From Alphaproteobacteria bacterium (lineage in GTDB: Bacteria > Pseudomonadota > Alphaproteobacteria > Rickettsiales > UBA8987): DNA of 64,000 nucleotides. Positions 1 to 9,563 of this stretch are shown here, one piece after another (positions within the stretch are counted from its first letter, which is position 1; every line of letters begins with the position of its first letter). Both the position numbers and the translations under genes were made by a program. Under the pieces are notes generated by a model that was not told the DNA's origin, ran no database searches, and worked only from the letters and a program-made list of their open reading frames with translations. The stretch lies in assembly GCA_030429625.1 (NCBI GenBank), contig JAUIFA010000004.1:205568-269567 (forward strand), in the 5' to 3' direction.

Positions 1-1212
1 GATGTTGGCCGTACGTTCTTTAACCGCTTTGTTGTGGACGCGTGCTGAAGAGGCTTTGGATTGTATTGCTGCTTGTGCGTTAGCAAAGAATGCTTCATCT
101 TTAGCACCATTGCCGGCATTGGCCACTGCTGAAATCTCGGAAAGTTTTTGTTTGGCAAAAGCCAACCATGAGGTTAATTCCTCGTCTAATTCTGTTTCAG
201 AATCTAGATCTACAGGAGAGTGAAGCAATGAACAAGATGGGCCAACAATCACACGATCTGAACCTAGCTTGGCAATAGCTTTTTCAACCGAAGCAAGCGC
301 TTGATCCAAATCCGCACGCCAGATGTTACGTCCGTCAATCACACCAAGTGAAAGGATTGTTTCCCCAGAAATTTGTGACAAAGCATTGTCCAATTGTCCA
401 GGGGCACGTACCAGATCAATATGCACGGCCGCAACAGGCAGGCCAAATGCGACAGCAGAGTTTTCACGCATGTCATCAAAATACGTTGCCAATAGAATCT
501 TAATAGAGCTTGCCTTACTTAAGCTTGCATACGCGTCTTTGTATGCTGTGATAGCATCGGCATTTTGATCCAATACCAAGCATGGCTCATCAATTTGTAC
601 CCAGTTGGCACCAACGGCTTCAAGCTTTTTAAGAACTTCTGTGTAGACAGGGAGTAATTTTGACAACAGGCTCAGTGCATCAAAACCATCCTCATGTGAT
701 TTGGCAAGCAGAAGGAATGAGACTGGCCCTAAAAGAACAGGCTTGGTGTCAATGCCCAATTCCTTGGCCTCTACAAATTCATCGACGATTTTATTGCTGG
801 AAAGTTTAAAGCTGGTTTTGCTGGAAAGTTCTGGGACAATAAAATGATAGTTGGTGTCAAACCATTTGGTCATTTCCATGGCCGTCACGTCTTTTTCACT
901 GGTTTGCTGGCCACGTGCCATGGCAAAATAGGTTTCCAAACTGACAGGCCCTTCCGGAGCATCGTAACGTTCTGGCACTGCGCCGACCAAGGCAATTGTA
1001 TCAAGGACATGGTCATAAAACGAGAAGTCGTTTGAAGGAATCAGGTCAATTCCAGCATCTTTTTGCATGTGCCAATGTATCTTACGCAGGTTCTTTGCTT
1101 CTGCCTGTAATTCGGCTTCAGAAAGATTGCCTTTCCAATAGCTTTCAACGGCTTTTTTTAATTCACGTTTTGCGCCGATGCGCGGGAAACCAAGGTTTGA
1201 AGAAATAACCAT
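1..1212 (-). CDS. metE: Cobalamin-independent methionine synthase (5-methyltetrahydropteroyltriglutamate--homocysteine methyltransferase), N-terminal ~404 codons; the 3' end lies beyond the window edge
   Basis: Absent from the ORF track because no stop is reached. My minus-strand translation from the ATG at 1212 gives MVISSNLGFPRIGAKRELKKAVESYWKGNLSEAELQAEAKNLRKIHWHMQKDAGIDLIPSNDFSFYDHVLD...MEMTKWFDTNYHFIVPE. This parallels E. coli MetE ([20 protein letters not shown]...EMTKWFNTNYHYMVPE). The frame stays open to position 1. Confidence 0.85.
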   Translation of the reverse strand, partial: MVISSNLGFPRIGAKRELKKAVESYWKGNLSEAELQAEAKNLRKIHWHMQKDAGIDLIPSNDFSFYDHVLDTIALVGAVPERYDAPEGPVSLETYFAMARGQQTSEKDVTAMEMTKWFDTNYHFIVPELSSKTSFKLSSNKIVDEFVEAKELGIDTKPVLLGPVSFLLLAKSHEDGFDALSLLSKLLPVYTEVLKKLEAVGANWVQIDEPCLVLDQNADAITAYKDAYASLSKASSIKILLATYFDDMRENSAVAFGLPVAAVHIDLVRAPGQLDNALSQISGETILSLGVIDGRNIWRADLDQALASVEKAIAKLGSDRVIVGPSCSLLHSPVDLDSETELDEELTSWLAFAKQKLSEISAVANAGNGAKDEAFFANAQAAIQSKASSARVHNKAVKERTANI

Positions 1213-1495
1213 TTCAGGTACTCCATTTTCTCTCTAAGTTGTGTTTTTGCAAGTGCTCTCCACCGACAAATGGGGGCGCATCATAACAACATTATTCCCA
1301 GATGCAAGTTTTTTGATTAATTGCCAGATTTATTTTGATTTCCCCATTCTGTATTAGAGGGGTGTGGTTAGTTTTTTTAAATAATATATTATTTAATAGG
1401 GGCGTTATTCTGGTTTTATAGAAAAAAACCTTTGCAAAATAATTGTCATACTGTAAAGCTGCGGCGAAATTAAATCAAGTGGAGTTGGCTTTTTT

Positions 1496-4042
1496 ATGGC
1501 ACAGCATGTAGTGATAGTCGAATCACCGGCAAAATGTAAAACAATTAACAAATATCTGGGTAAAGATTATACGGTGATGGCCTCGTTTGGTCATATTAGA
1601 GATTTGCCATCCAAGGACGGTTCGGTGCGCCCGGATGCGGATTTTGCCATGGACTATCAGATTTCCAGCGATTCAAAAAAGCATGTCAATGAGATTGCGG
1701 CTGCAGTGAAAAATGCCAGCAGTTTAATTTTAGCGACAGACCCTGATCGTGAGGGGGAGGCAATTTCTTGGCATGTGCTCGAAGCTTTACGTGAGAAGAA
1801 GGCGCTTAAAAAGGATACAAAAATTGAACGTGTGGCTTTTAGTTCGATTACTAAAGAAGCAGTGAAAACTGCCATAGCCAATCCCCGTGAGTTAGATATG
1901 GATTTGGTCAATGCTCAACAAGCAAGGCGTGCGTTGGACTATCTGGTTGGGTTTAATATTTCTCCAGTGTTGTGGCGTAAATTACCGGGCAGTAAGTCTG
2001 CCGGTCGGGTACAGTCGGTGGCACTGCGTTTGATCTGTGAACGCGAACATGAGATTGAGATTTTTAAAGAACAGGAATATTGGGATATCAAGGCTGATTT
2101 TCAAACTCCGGCCTCCGATAAGTTCTCTGCCATGTTGACCCATGTAGAAGGGCAGAAGCTGGAGAAGTTCGCTTTGCCCAATGAGGGCGCTGCAAAGAAA
2201 ATTGAAGCGGTTTTAGGCGATAAAAATTATGCGGTGACTTCGGTAGTTAAAAAACAATCCAAGCGCAGGCCTTATGCTCCTTTTACGACTTCCACGTTGC
2301 AGCAGGAGGCTTCACGTAAACTAGGCTTTTCAGCTAAAAGAACCATGATGACGGCTCAGAAGTTGTATGAAGGAATTTCTCTTGGTGGCGAAACTACCGG
2401 TGTGATTACCTACATGCGTACCGATGGGGTGACCGTAGCACCGGAGGCTGTTGAGCGTGCGCGTGGCTATATTGCTAAAGAATATGGCGATACATTCTTA
2501 CCGCAAAAACCGCGTTATTATGCAACCAAGCAAAAAAACGCGCAGGAGGCTCACGAAGCCATCCGCCCTACCGACCCAATGCGTACCCCGCAATCTATCC
2601 GGAGTTACCTTGAGGACGATCAGTTTAAATTATACGACCTCATTTGGAAGCGTTTGATCGCCAGCCAGATGGAAGATGTGGTGCTGGATCAGGTCGCGGC
2701 AGACATTGTCACCGACGATGGTTATGCCACGTTCCGCGCCAATGGATCAACCATCGTGTTTGCCGGATTTTATAAAGTATATCGTGAAGGTACTGACGAC
2801 GAGGATGGTGCAGAATCGGATGAAAAAACCTTGCCGCCGTTGAATGAAGGTGACGCACAAAGCTTGCTTGAGGTGGACGCGGCGCAGCACTTTACCCAAC
2901 CTCCCGCACGCTTTAGCGAGGCCAGTTTGGTAAAAAAGCTTGAGGAATTGGGCATTGGTCGTCCTTCGACCTACGCGGCGATTCTTTCTGTGTTGCAGGA
3001 ACGTGAATATGTGACATTGGATAAAAAACGTTTTATCCCTGAAATGCGTGGTCGGCTGGTAACGTCTTTTCTCACCAGCTTCTTTACCAAATATGTGGAA
3101 TATGATTTTACCGCTGAGCTGGAAAATGAGTTGGACGCTGTTTCTGCCGGTACGTTGGATTGGAAAGAAGCGTTGCGACAATTTTGGAATGATTTCTCGG
3201 TTTCGGTCAAAAGCGCGATGGATTTGGAGTTTAATCAGGTCATTAGCGAACTAAACAGAGAGCTGGAACTATTGCTTTTCCCGGGGGAGGGGGACATTGC
3301 ACAGCGCCGCAAATGTCCAAAATGTTCTACGGGCGAGATGAGCCTTAAGCTGGGCAAGTTTGGTGCGTTCTTGGGCTGTTCCAATTATCCGGAATGCAAT
3401 CATACAATACAGCTTGCTGCCAGTGGTGGGGATGACAAGGATGCTTCTGCGGCGGCAAATGCTGGCTTTGAAACAAAGAGTTTGGGCACAGATCCAGAAA
3501 GTGGGTTGGAAATTACTTTGCGCAAAGGGCCGTATGGTTTTTATGTCCAGCTTGGAGAAGCCGTGTCGGGAGATAAGAAGGCCAAGCCAAAACGCGCGTC
3601 CTTAGCCAAAGGCAAAAATCCAGAAGAGCTTACCTTAGAGGAAGCCATCACCATGCTGTCTTTACCGCGGACATTGGGCATTCATCCCGAAACAGGAAAG
3701 GAAATTGAGGCCAATGTTGGACGGTATGGGCCTTATGTAAAACATGACGGGAAATTTGTGTCCTTAAAACCGGAAGACGATGTCTATACAATTGGCTTAA
3801 ATCGTGCGGTAACACTCATTGCTGAAGCACCAAAAAAAGCAGGCAGTGAACCACTACGCAGCCTTGGCGAACACCCTGATGGGGGGGGTGAGTTGGCCAT
3901 TTATGACGGGCGGTATGGGCCGTATGTAAAACACGGAAAAATTAATGCCACGATTCCCAAGACGATGGACAAGGACAGCCTAACCTTGGAAGAGGCCGTT
4001 GAACTGGTCGCACAACAGAAAGCGAAGAAGAAGAAAAAATAA
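1496..4042 (+). CDS. topA: DNA topoisomerase I
   Basis: 848-aa ORF. Toprim N-terminus VVIVESPAKCKTINKYLG, acidic motif DPDREGEAISWH, active-site region ITYMRTDG, one zinc ribbon CPKCSTGE...CSNYPEC, and repeated C-terminal GRYGPYVKH motifs. Confidence 0.97.
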   Translation: MAQHVVIVESPAKCKTINKYLGKDYTVMASFGHIRDLPSKDGSVRPDADFAMDYQISSDSKKHVNEIAAAVKNASSLILATDPDREGEAISWHVLEALREKKALKKDTKIERVAFSSITKEAVKTAIANPRELDMDLVNAQQARRALDYLVGFNISPVLWRKLPGSKSAGRVQSVALRLICEREHEIEIFKEQEYWDIKADFQTPASDKFSAMLTHVEGQKLEKFALPNEGAAKKIEAVLGDKNYAVTSVVKKQSKRRPYAPFTTSTLQQEASRKLGFSAKRTMMTAQKLYEGISLGGETTGVITYMRTDGVTVAPEAVERARGYIAKEYGDTFLPQKPRYYATKQKNAQEAHEAIRPTDPMRTPQSIRSYLEDDQFKLYDLIWKRLIASQMEDVVLDQVAADIVTDDGYATFRANGSTIVFAGFYKVYREGTDDEDGAESDEKTLPPLNEGDAQSLLEVDAAQHFTQPPARFSEASLVKKLEELGIGRPSTYAAILSVLQEREYVTLDKKRFIPEMRGRLVTSFLTSFFTKYVEYDFTAELENELDAVSAGTLDWKEALRQFWNDFSVSVKSAMDLEFNQVISELNRELELLLFPGEGDIAQRRKCPKCSTGEMSLKLGKFGAFLGCSNYPECNHTIQLAASGGDDKDASAAANAGFETKSLGTDPESGLEITLRKGPYGFYVQLGEAVSGDKKAKPKRASLAKGKNPEELTLEEAITMLSLPRTLGIHPETGKEIEANVGRYGPYVKHDGKFVSLKPEDDVYTIGLNRAVTLIAEAPKKAGSEPLRSLGEHPDGGGELAIYDGRYGPYVKHGKINATIPKTMDKDSLTLEEAVELVAQQKAKKKKK

Positions 4043-4105
4043 TTACTGTTATTCAGGCAAATACAAACTATATTGTCATTGTTAAACAGAACATGTGAGT
4101 GAAAA

Positions 4106-5272
4106 TTGTCAAAGAAAATCACATTACAATTTGGGCCAAAATATAAGGAATATGAGGTTGGCGATATCGTTCATCTGGCCAAGGATAGTCCGTTGCGATT
4201 GGAGTGTGGAGCTGAGATTTCGGATTTTCCCATCGCGTATCAAACCTACGGCACGCTCAATGAAGACAAGAGTAATGCTATTTTGGTGTGTCATGGTTTA
4301 ACCGGCGATCAATATTTGATTGGGACACACCCGATTACCGGTAAGGCCGGTTGGTGGGAATCAATTGCCGGTAAAGGAAAGGCACTGGATACGGACAAAT
4401 ATTTTATCATCTGTCCGAACAGTTTAGGGGGATGTTTGGGGTCGTATGGGCCAAAACACATTAATTCAAAAACCGGCACAGCTTTTAACTTGGATTTTCC
4501 AGTGATCACCATCAAAGATATGATTGCCGCACAAAAATTGTTGGTAGAACATTTTGGCATTGAAAAATTATTGTGTGTTATTGGTGGTTCGATGGGTGGG
4601 ATGCAGGTGCTACAATGGGCTTCAACGTATCCTGAGGCAATGCATGCTTGTGTGCCCATCGCCGCCGCACCAAGGCATTCGGCACAAAATATTGCTTTCC
4701 ATGAAATTGGTCGTCAGTCGATTATTGTGGATCCGGAATTTTGTGGTGGCAATTACATTAACGAAGGCCGGTTCCCCGTCAACGGCTTGGCTGTGGCGCG
4801 GATGACCGCGCATGTGACCTATCTTTCTGAATCGGGTTTGCAGCGGAAGTTTGGTCGTAATTTACAAGACAGGTCGGAAAAATCCTATGGGTTTGAGGCG
4901 GATTTCCAAATTGAAAGCTATCTACGCCATCAGGGTATGGCGTTTGTGGAGCGGTTTGACCCTAATTCCTATTTGTACATCACCAGAGCGTTGGATTATT
5001 TTGATATGATTGAGGACAATGGTGGGGACCTGCGTAATGCTTTTTCCCATTCTACGGCGTCTTTCTGCATTATTTCCTTTTCTAGCGATTGGCTGTTCCC
5101 AACCTCTGAAGCTAAGAAGGTGGTGCGGGCATTGGCCGCCACGGCAGCGGATATCAGCTTTATGGAAATTCAAACCGATAAAGGACATGATGCGTTCCTG
5201 TTAGATGAACCTTTATTTATCAATGCGATAGAAGGCTTTATGAAAAAAATTCATAAAAAGGTGCTGGGGTAA
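4106..5272 (+). CDS. metX: Homoserine O-acetyltransferase
   Basis: 388-aa ORF with a TTG start. IAYQTYGTLNEDKSNAILVCHGLTGD and the nucleophile elbow GGSMGGMQ are typical of MetX. metW follows 2 nt later. Confidence 0.92.
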   Translation: MSKKITLQFGPKYKEYEVGDIVHLAKDSPLRLECGAEISDFPIAYQTYGTLNEDKSNAILVCHGLTGDQYLIGTHPITGKAGWWESIAGKGKALDTDKYFIICPNSLGGCLGSYGPKHINSKTGTAFNLDFPVITIKDMIAAQKLLVEHFGIEKLLCVIGGSMGGMQVLQWASTYPEAMHACVPIAAAPRHSAQNIAFHEIGRQSIIVDPEFCGGNYINEGRFPVNGLAVARMTAHVTYLSESGLQRKFGRNLQDRSEKSYGFEADFQIESYLRHQGMAFVERFDPNSYLYITRALDYFDMIEDNGGDLRNAFSHSTASFCIISFSSDWLFPTSEAKKVVRALAATAADISFMEIQTDKGHDAFLLDEPLFINAIEGFMKKIHKKVLG

Positions 5273-5273
5273 T

Positions 5274-5879
5274 ATGACATTAAACACCCACCAGAAAATT
5301 ATTTATTCTCTCATAGAAGAGGGAAGTAAAATCATTGATATCGGTTGCGGTGCGGGCAAGCTGCTCAAAGCACTGGAAAAAAAGAACGTGTCTGGGCATG
5401 GGCTTGAGCTGGAATCGGAAAAGGTTAGTGCGGCAGTTTCCAACGGGCTTTCGGTAATTCAGGGCGACGCGGACAATGACCTACAATATTATCCGGACAA
5501 TGGCTTTGATTATGCCATATTGGCGCTGTCTTTGCAAAGCATGAAAGAGCCAAAACATGTGTTGGAAGAAGCGCTACGAATTGCCAAACATGTGATGGTG
5601 GTTATCCCCAATTTCGGCAGCATTGAAAACAGGCTTTACCTTTTTGCCAAAGGAAGGATGCCGGTAACGTCACAGCTTTCTTACCAGTGGTACGAAACGC
5701 CCAACATCCACTTTTGTACCATCAGCGATTTTGTGGAGCTGACAAAAGAAATCGGCTGTACAATAGAAAAACGCATTGCGATTAATAAATCGGGTAAAAA
5801 CAAAGAATTTAAAGGCAATGGCTGTTTGGGAGCCAATCTTTTTAGTGAGCATGGTGTGTTTGAGTTAAGTAAGAATTAA
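5274..5879 (+). CDS. metW: Methionine biosynthesis protein MetW
   Basis: 201 aa with the methyltransferase-like glycine motif IIDIGCGAGKLL. It sits in the conserved position directly after metX. Confidence 0.88.
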   Translation: MTLNTHQKIIYSLIEEGSKIIDIGCGAGKLLKALEKKNVSGHGLELESEKVSAAVSNGLSVIQGDADNDLQYYPDNGFDYAILALSLQSMKEPKHVLEEALRIAKHVMVVIPNFGSIENRLYLFAKGRMPVTSQLSYQWYETPNIHFCTISDFVELTKEIGCTIEKRIAINKSGKNKEFKGNGCLGANLFSEHGVFELSKN

Positions 5880-6007
5880 TGCGTCTTCTTCTTAATCGTT
5901 TTGCTCTGAGAGTCGTCACGTTTCTTCTTCTTTAATTTCTTAATAAAATCCTCTATGTCGAGTTGTGAAGGGTGATTGCAGAAATAATGATTGTCTAGAT
6001 TGTGCAT
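5876..6007 (-). CDS. Hypothetical 43-aa lysine-rich protein (MHNLDNHYFCNHPSQLDIEDFIKKLKKKKRDDSQSKTIKKKTH)
   Basis: Below the ORF-track size cutoff. The ATG at 6007 is preceded by GGGAGA 7 nt upstream. Its stop overlaps the metW stop in a TTAA. No family recognised. Confidence 0.2.
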   Translation of the reverse strand: MHNLDNHYFCNHPSQLDIEDFIKKLKKKKRDDSQSKTIKKKTH

Positions 6008-6058
6008 AGCGATTCTCCCAAATCGTGTTCCGACAGTCTGATTATAGCATATTATGTG

Positions 6059-6074
6059 TTAATAAAAAGTTAAC
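6059..6074. promoter_or_regulatory. CtrA-box-like motif TTAA-N7-TTAAC
   Basis: TTAATAAAAAGTTAAC is an exact match to the alphaproteobacterial CtrA consensus architecture. It lies 92 nt upstream of the ftsY ATG. Confidence 0.3.
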
Positions 6075-6165
6075 AACACCAGATATTGTGGTTTTCTTAT
6101 TTCTTGCAATGTGAAACATAAAAATATAGATTGCGCCAACGCATCGCTGTTGATAAAGAAAATAT

Positions 6166-7080
6166 ATGAGTTGGTTTAAGAAGTTAACATCTGGGCTGTC
6201 AAAAAGCTCTACTAAGATTTCCCAAGGAATCAGTGATATTTTCACCAAGCGTAAGCTTGACGATGAAATGATCGAAGAGCTTGAAGAGCTCTTGATTATG
6301 GCGGATCTCGGCGCGGCAACCGCGGCAAAGGTCGTCAGGGGATTTGCCAAGGGAAAATTTGATAAGGAAATTGCTGAAGACGAGGTCAAAGAGGCTTTGG
6401 CGGAACAGATTTCCCAAATATTACAGCCAGTGGCACAACCCATCGCAATTGACAGAGATAAACATCCGCATGTGATTATGATGGTAGGTGTCAATGGTAA
6501 CGGTAAAACTACCACGTTGGGCAAGCTAGCACTGCAATATGGTAATCAGGGACATAAGGTGATGATGGTCGCATGCGATACGTTCCGTGCGGCAGCAGTA
6601 GAGCAATTGCAGGTGTGGGGTCAGCGTGCTGGCTGTACGGTGATTACCGGTGAGTCCAATGCGGATCCAGCCAGCGTGGCCTATGCGGCGATGGAAAAAG
6701 CTCGGCAAGAAGGGGCCGATATTTTGCTCATTGATACGGCCGGCCGCCTACAAAATAAAAAAGACTTAATGGAAGAATTGGCTAAAATTTCCCGGGTGGT
6801 AAAAAAAATTGATCCAAGCGCACCTCATGATACGGTTCTGGTACTTGACGCAACAACAGGGCAGAATGCCCACAGTCAGGCGCAATCGTTCAAAGACATT
6901 GCCGATATTTCAGGTATCATTGTTACCAAACTTGATGGCACGGCCAAAGGCGGTGTGGTGGTGGGTTTGGCGGAAGCGTTTAAATTGCCCATACATGCGG
7001 TGGGTGTTGGGGAGCAGATTGAAGACCTGAATGCTTTTGATGCCAGAGATTTTTCTAAAGGTTTGATGGGGATAGAGTAG
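6166..7080 (+). CDS. ftsY: Signal recognition particle receptor FtsY
   Basis: 304 aa. SRP-GTPase motifs GVNGNGKTTT, DTAGR and TKLDG. Confidence 0.95.
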   Translation: MSWFKKLTSGLSKSSTKISQGISDIFTKRKLDDEMIEELEELLIMADLGAATAAKVVRGFAKGKFDKEIAEDEVKEALAEQISQILQPVAQPIAIDRDKHPHVIMMVGVNGNGKTTTLGKLALQYGNQGHKVMMVACDTFRAAAVEQLQVWGQRAGCTVITGESNADPASVAYAAMEKARQEGADILLIDTAGRLQNKKDLMEELAKISRVVKKIDPSAPHDTVLVLDATTGQNAHSQAQSFKDIADISGIIVTKLDGTAKGGVVVGLAEAFKLPIHAVGVGEQIEDLNAFDARDFSKGLMGIE

Positions 7081-7091
7081 GGGCGTTATTA

Positions 7092-8669
7092 ATGATAAAG
7101 CGAATAAAAAATCATATACTGACATTACCGCAGAAGGTTGAGCTGTTAGTGCTCTATGGGGCGGTGATGTTTGCTTTGGGGATTGGGTTGAATTATCTAT
7201 CCTCGCCGGATTATCCGGATTATTATGACATTGAGGAAGAGGGAATTCCCATCGAAGAGGTTGCTGATTTTGATAGGGATTATGTGGCACCAAAACAAGG
7301 CATATCCTTTAATCAGGAATCGGTTGACATTAAACTCTCAGAACTTCCTGCAGAATTACCGGAGAAGGGGGTGTATGATGTGGTGCCTAAGGTCAAGAAA
7401 TCTGATGCCGCACTACCTACGCAAGAGGCAGAAGATAAGAAATATGAAAAAAATCAGGACGTAGTCAAGCTGCTAAAAGAAATAGAAATTCCAGAAGTCT
7501 CTGACAATCAACATCTTCTTGACCAAACATTGAAATCGATAGAATCAGCGCCAAAGCAATCGGAATATGTGTATGACTATGCGGTGGAAAAAGGCGACAC
7601 ACTGACTAACTTGCTAATCAAGGCCGGAGTGAATCGCGATGAGGTTTTCTTTATCGGCAAGGCGGTAGATAAAGTATATGACAGCCGAAACATAAAAGTT
7701 GGGCAGAAAATAAGCATTACTCTAAGGGAAAAAAACATAGATGATGACGGTGGGGAGCTTGAATTTGCTCTTTTGAGAATCTTCCTGCCGGAGAAAACAC
7801 TACATATTGTAAGTCAGGGAGGAGGTAAATATCAGGCATCTGAGGAGAAAAAACCACTAAATAAAACCTTTGTTTTCAAAAAAGGGAAGATAGAAACTAG
7901 CCTTTTCGCCCTAGGGAACAAACTCAAAATTCCAGCAAATCTGATGGTAGAGTTTATGCGGCAATACAGCTTTGATGTTGATTTTCAGAGGGACATACGT
8001 GAAGGCAATATGTTTGAAATATTGTATGAAGTTTACCGAGATGGTGACGGTAAGGGTGTCAAGTATGGGAATTTGGTTTATGGGCTGTTAACTGTCGATA
8101 ACAGCAATTTAAAAATTTATCGTTACAGCGTTTCAAATAATGATGAGGATGCAGATTATTACACAGAAACCGGCCAAACTCTAAGACGCGGATTATTAAA
8201 AACACCCATTAGTGGTGCGGTCATCTCTTCGCCGTTTGGCAAGCGCAAACATCCTATTATGGGGTACACTAAAATGCATAAAGGGGTTGATTTTGCTGCC
8301 GACAGAGGCACACCATTTTATGCAAGCGGAGATGGAAAAATTGTTTTCATCGGAAGAAAAGGCGGGTATGGGAATTACATACGTATACGCCACAGCGCGG
8401 ACTATGAAACGGCTTATGGGCATATCTATAAATTTGCTAAAGGCATGCGCAAAGGGCGTAAGGTAAAACAAGGTCAAATCATTGCCTATGTTGGATCTAC
8501 GGGCAAATCCACCGGCCCACATCTGCACTATGAAATTCTAAAAAATGGCAAACAAGTTAACCCGATGAAGGTAAAATTGCCTGCGGGTAAAAAACTAAAA
8601 AGCAAGGATCTGGACAAATTTATTATTTATAAGTCTGAAATAGAAAAGATTCTTGCAACCAAGAAATAA
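7092..8669 (+). CDS. Membrane-anchored M23 family metallopeptidase with a LysM/OapA-like domain
   Basis: 525 aa. N-terminal TM helix LLVLYGAVMFALGIGL, LysM-like segment YAVEKGDTLTNLLIKAGV...KVGQKISITL, and a C-terminal M23 core HKGVDFAADRGTPFYASGDG...GSTGKSTGPHLHYEI. Confidence 0.9.
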   Translation: MIKRIKNHILTLPQKVELLVLYGAVMFALGIGLNYLSSPDYPDYYDIEEEGIPIEEVADFDRDYVAPKQGISFNQESVDIKLSELPAELPEKGVYDVVPKVKKSDAALPTQEAEDKKYEKNQDVVKLLKEIEIPEVSDNQHLLDQTLKSIESAPKQSEYVYDYAVEKGDTLTNLLIKAGVNRDEVFFIGKAVDKVYDSRNIKVGQKISITLREKNIDDDGGELEFALLRIFLPEKTLHIVSQGGGKYQASEEKKPLNKTFVFKKGKIETSLFALGNKLKIPANLMVEFMRQYSFDVDFQRDIREGNMFEILYEVYRDGDGKGVKYGNLVYGLLTVDNSNLKIYRYSVSNNDEDADYYTETGQTLRRGLLKTPISGAVISSPFGKRKHPIMGYTKMHKGVDFAADRGTPFYASGDGKIVFIGRKGGYGNYIRIRHSADYETAYGHIYKFAKGMRKGRKVKQGQIIAYVGSTGKSTGPHLHYEILKNGKQVNPMKVKLPAGKKLKSKDLDKFIIYKSEIEKILATKK

Positions 8670-8674
8670 TATTA

Positions 8675-8690
8675 TTAAATTATAGTTAAA
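8675..8690. promoter_or_regulatory. CtrA-box-like motif TTAA-N7-TTAA(A)
   Basis: TTAAATTATAGTTAAA lies immediately upstream of the predicted -35 element of the virB8 operon promoter. Confidence 0.2.
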
Positions 8691-8691
8691 G

Positions 8692-8721
8692 TTGTAAAAC
8701 TGCCGCATATTTAGCTATAAT
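8692..8721 (+). promoter_or_regulatory. Candidate sigma70-type promoter of the virB8-virD4 operon
   Basis: TTGTAA (8692-8697), an 18-nt spacer, then a perfect TATAAT (8716-8721), about 115 nt upstream of the virB8 ATG. Confidence 0.3.
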
Positions 8722-8837
8722 AGCGGACAAACGTAGCAATATATAGATATTTTCATGGACATAGTCCGTAGATTAACCTATAACTTTAATATATTTAGTG
8801 CTTTACGTAGAGGCATGGTGGATAGGCATTAGCTGTT

Positions 8838-9563
8838 ATGAAGAACTTTTTGGTAATGAAAAAGGACGAGAAAAACCCCTCTGATGAAGGTGGTAATCGC
8901 CCGTTTCGTCTTGTTGAAACCAAGAACTGGTATAAAGACAGATATCAGATAGTTGTTGTTCAGCGAAATGTTCTGGTCATATTTACCATTGTCGCTCTTA
9001 TAGGATTGGTTGGATTAGTGATTAACGTAGCTGCTTTAAGTAATAGTAAAATCTTTGAACCGTTTGTGATTCAGCTGGATGAGAAAACTGGTATTGTTAC
9101 CAAGGTGGATACAAAATCAGTTGAAAAGCTTACGGCGCTTGAGTCCGTTACACGGGCGCAGCTTTCTCAATATGTGATGGCGCGTGAGTCTTATTCTTTT
9201 CATAGCTATTTCCACAATTATCATCGGGTGGTTCGTGTGCTTTCCTCGGACAATGTGTATGAGGATTTTAGATTTTCCATTGCTCGTGGTGCGCAGGATA
9301 GTCCGTTAAATTTACAAAATAGTGCGACAAGAAGGACCAAAATAAAATCCATAACATTCTTGGATAAGCAAACAGCGCAGGTAAGAATCGCTGTTGACGA
9401 AATTTCTTACCCAAGGGGTGAGTTACTGCATTCACGGCATTACATATTGACGATGTCATTCGAATTTGACCCAAGTCGGGGATTAAGTCCTCAAGAGCGT
9501 TACTTAAACCCGCTTGGCTTTAAAATTACAGGATATTCAAGAGAAACGGAGTTTGTACAATGA
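8838..9563 (+). CDS. virB8: Type IV secretion system protein VirB8
   Basis: 241 aa. Short cytoplasmic N-terminus, one TM helix (VLVIFTIVALIGLVGLVINV), a periplasmic domain ending in NPLGFKITGY, and its position at the head of virB9-11. Confidence 0.88.
   Translation: MKNFLVMKKDEKNPSDEGGNRPFRLVETKNWYKDRYQIVVVQRNVLVIFTIVALIGLVGLVINVAALSNSKIFEPFVIQLDEKTGIVTKVDTKSVEKLTALESVTRAQLSQYVMARESYSFHSYFHNYHRVVRVLSSDNVYEDFRFSIARGAQDSPLNLQNSATRRTKIKSITFLDKQTAQVRIAVDEISYPRGELLHSRHYILTMSFEFDPSRGLSPQERYLNPLGFKITGYSRETEFVQ

Noticed and set aside
1213-1495. The 283-bp divergent region upstream of metE, where a cobalamin or SAM riboswitch might be expected
   Set aside because: Reading the minus strand, I find no B12 box (GCCACTG-like core) and no convincing SAM-II-type pseudoknot signature. 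There is only a CCCC...GGGG hairpin and a repeated ACTTGCA heptamer. I cannot support an RNA element by eye. An Rfam covariance-model scan would settle it.
6042-6524. A 160-aa minus-strand ORF overlapping the ftsY start
   Set aside because: It is antisense to ftsY for most of its length and is Ser/Ile-rich and low in complexity. The ftsY frame has all the GTPase motifs.
8755-8832. A 25-codon ORF (MDIVRRLTYNFNIFSALRRGMVDRH) upstream of virB8, considered as a possible VirB7-like lipoprotein
   Set aside because: It has no signal peptide or lipobox Cys, and no SD. It is too short and basic to be VirB7.
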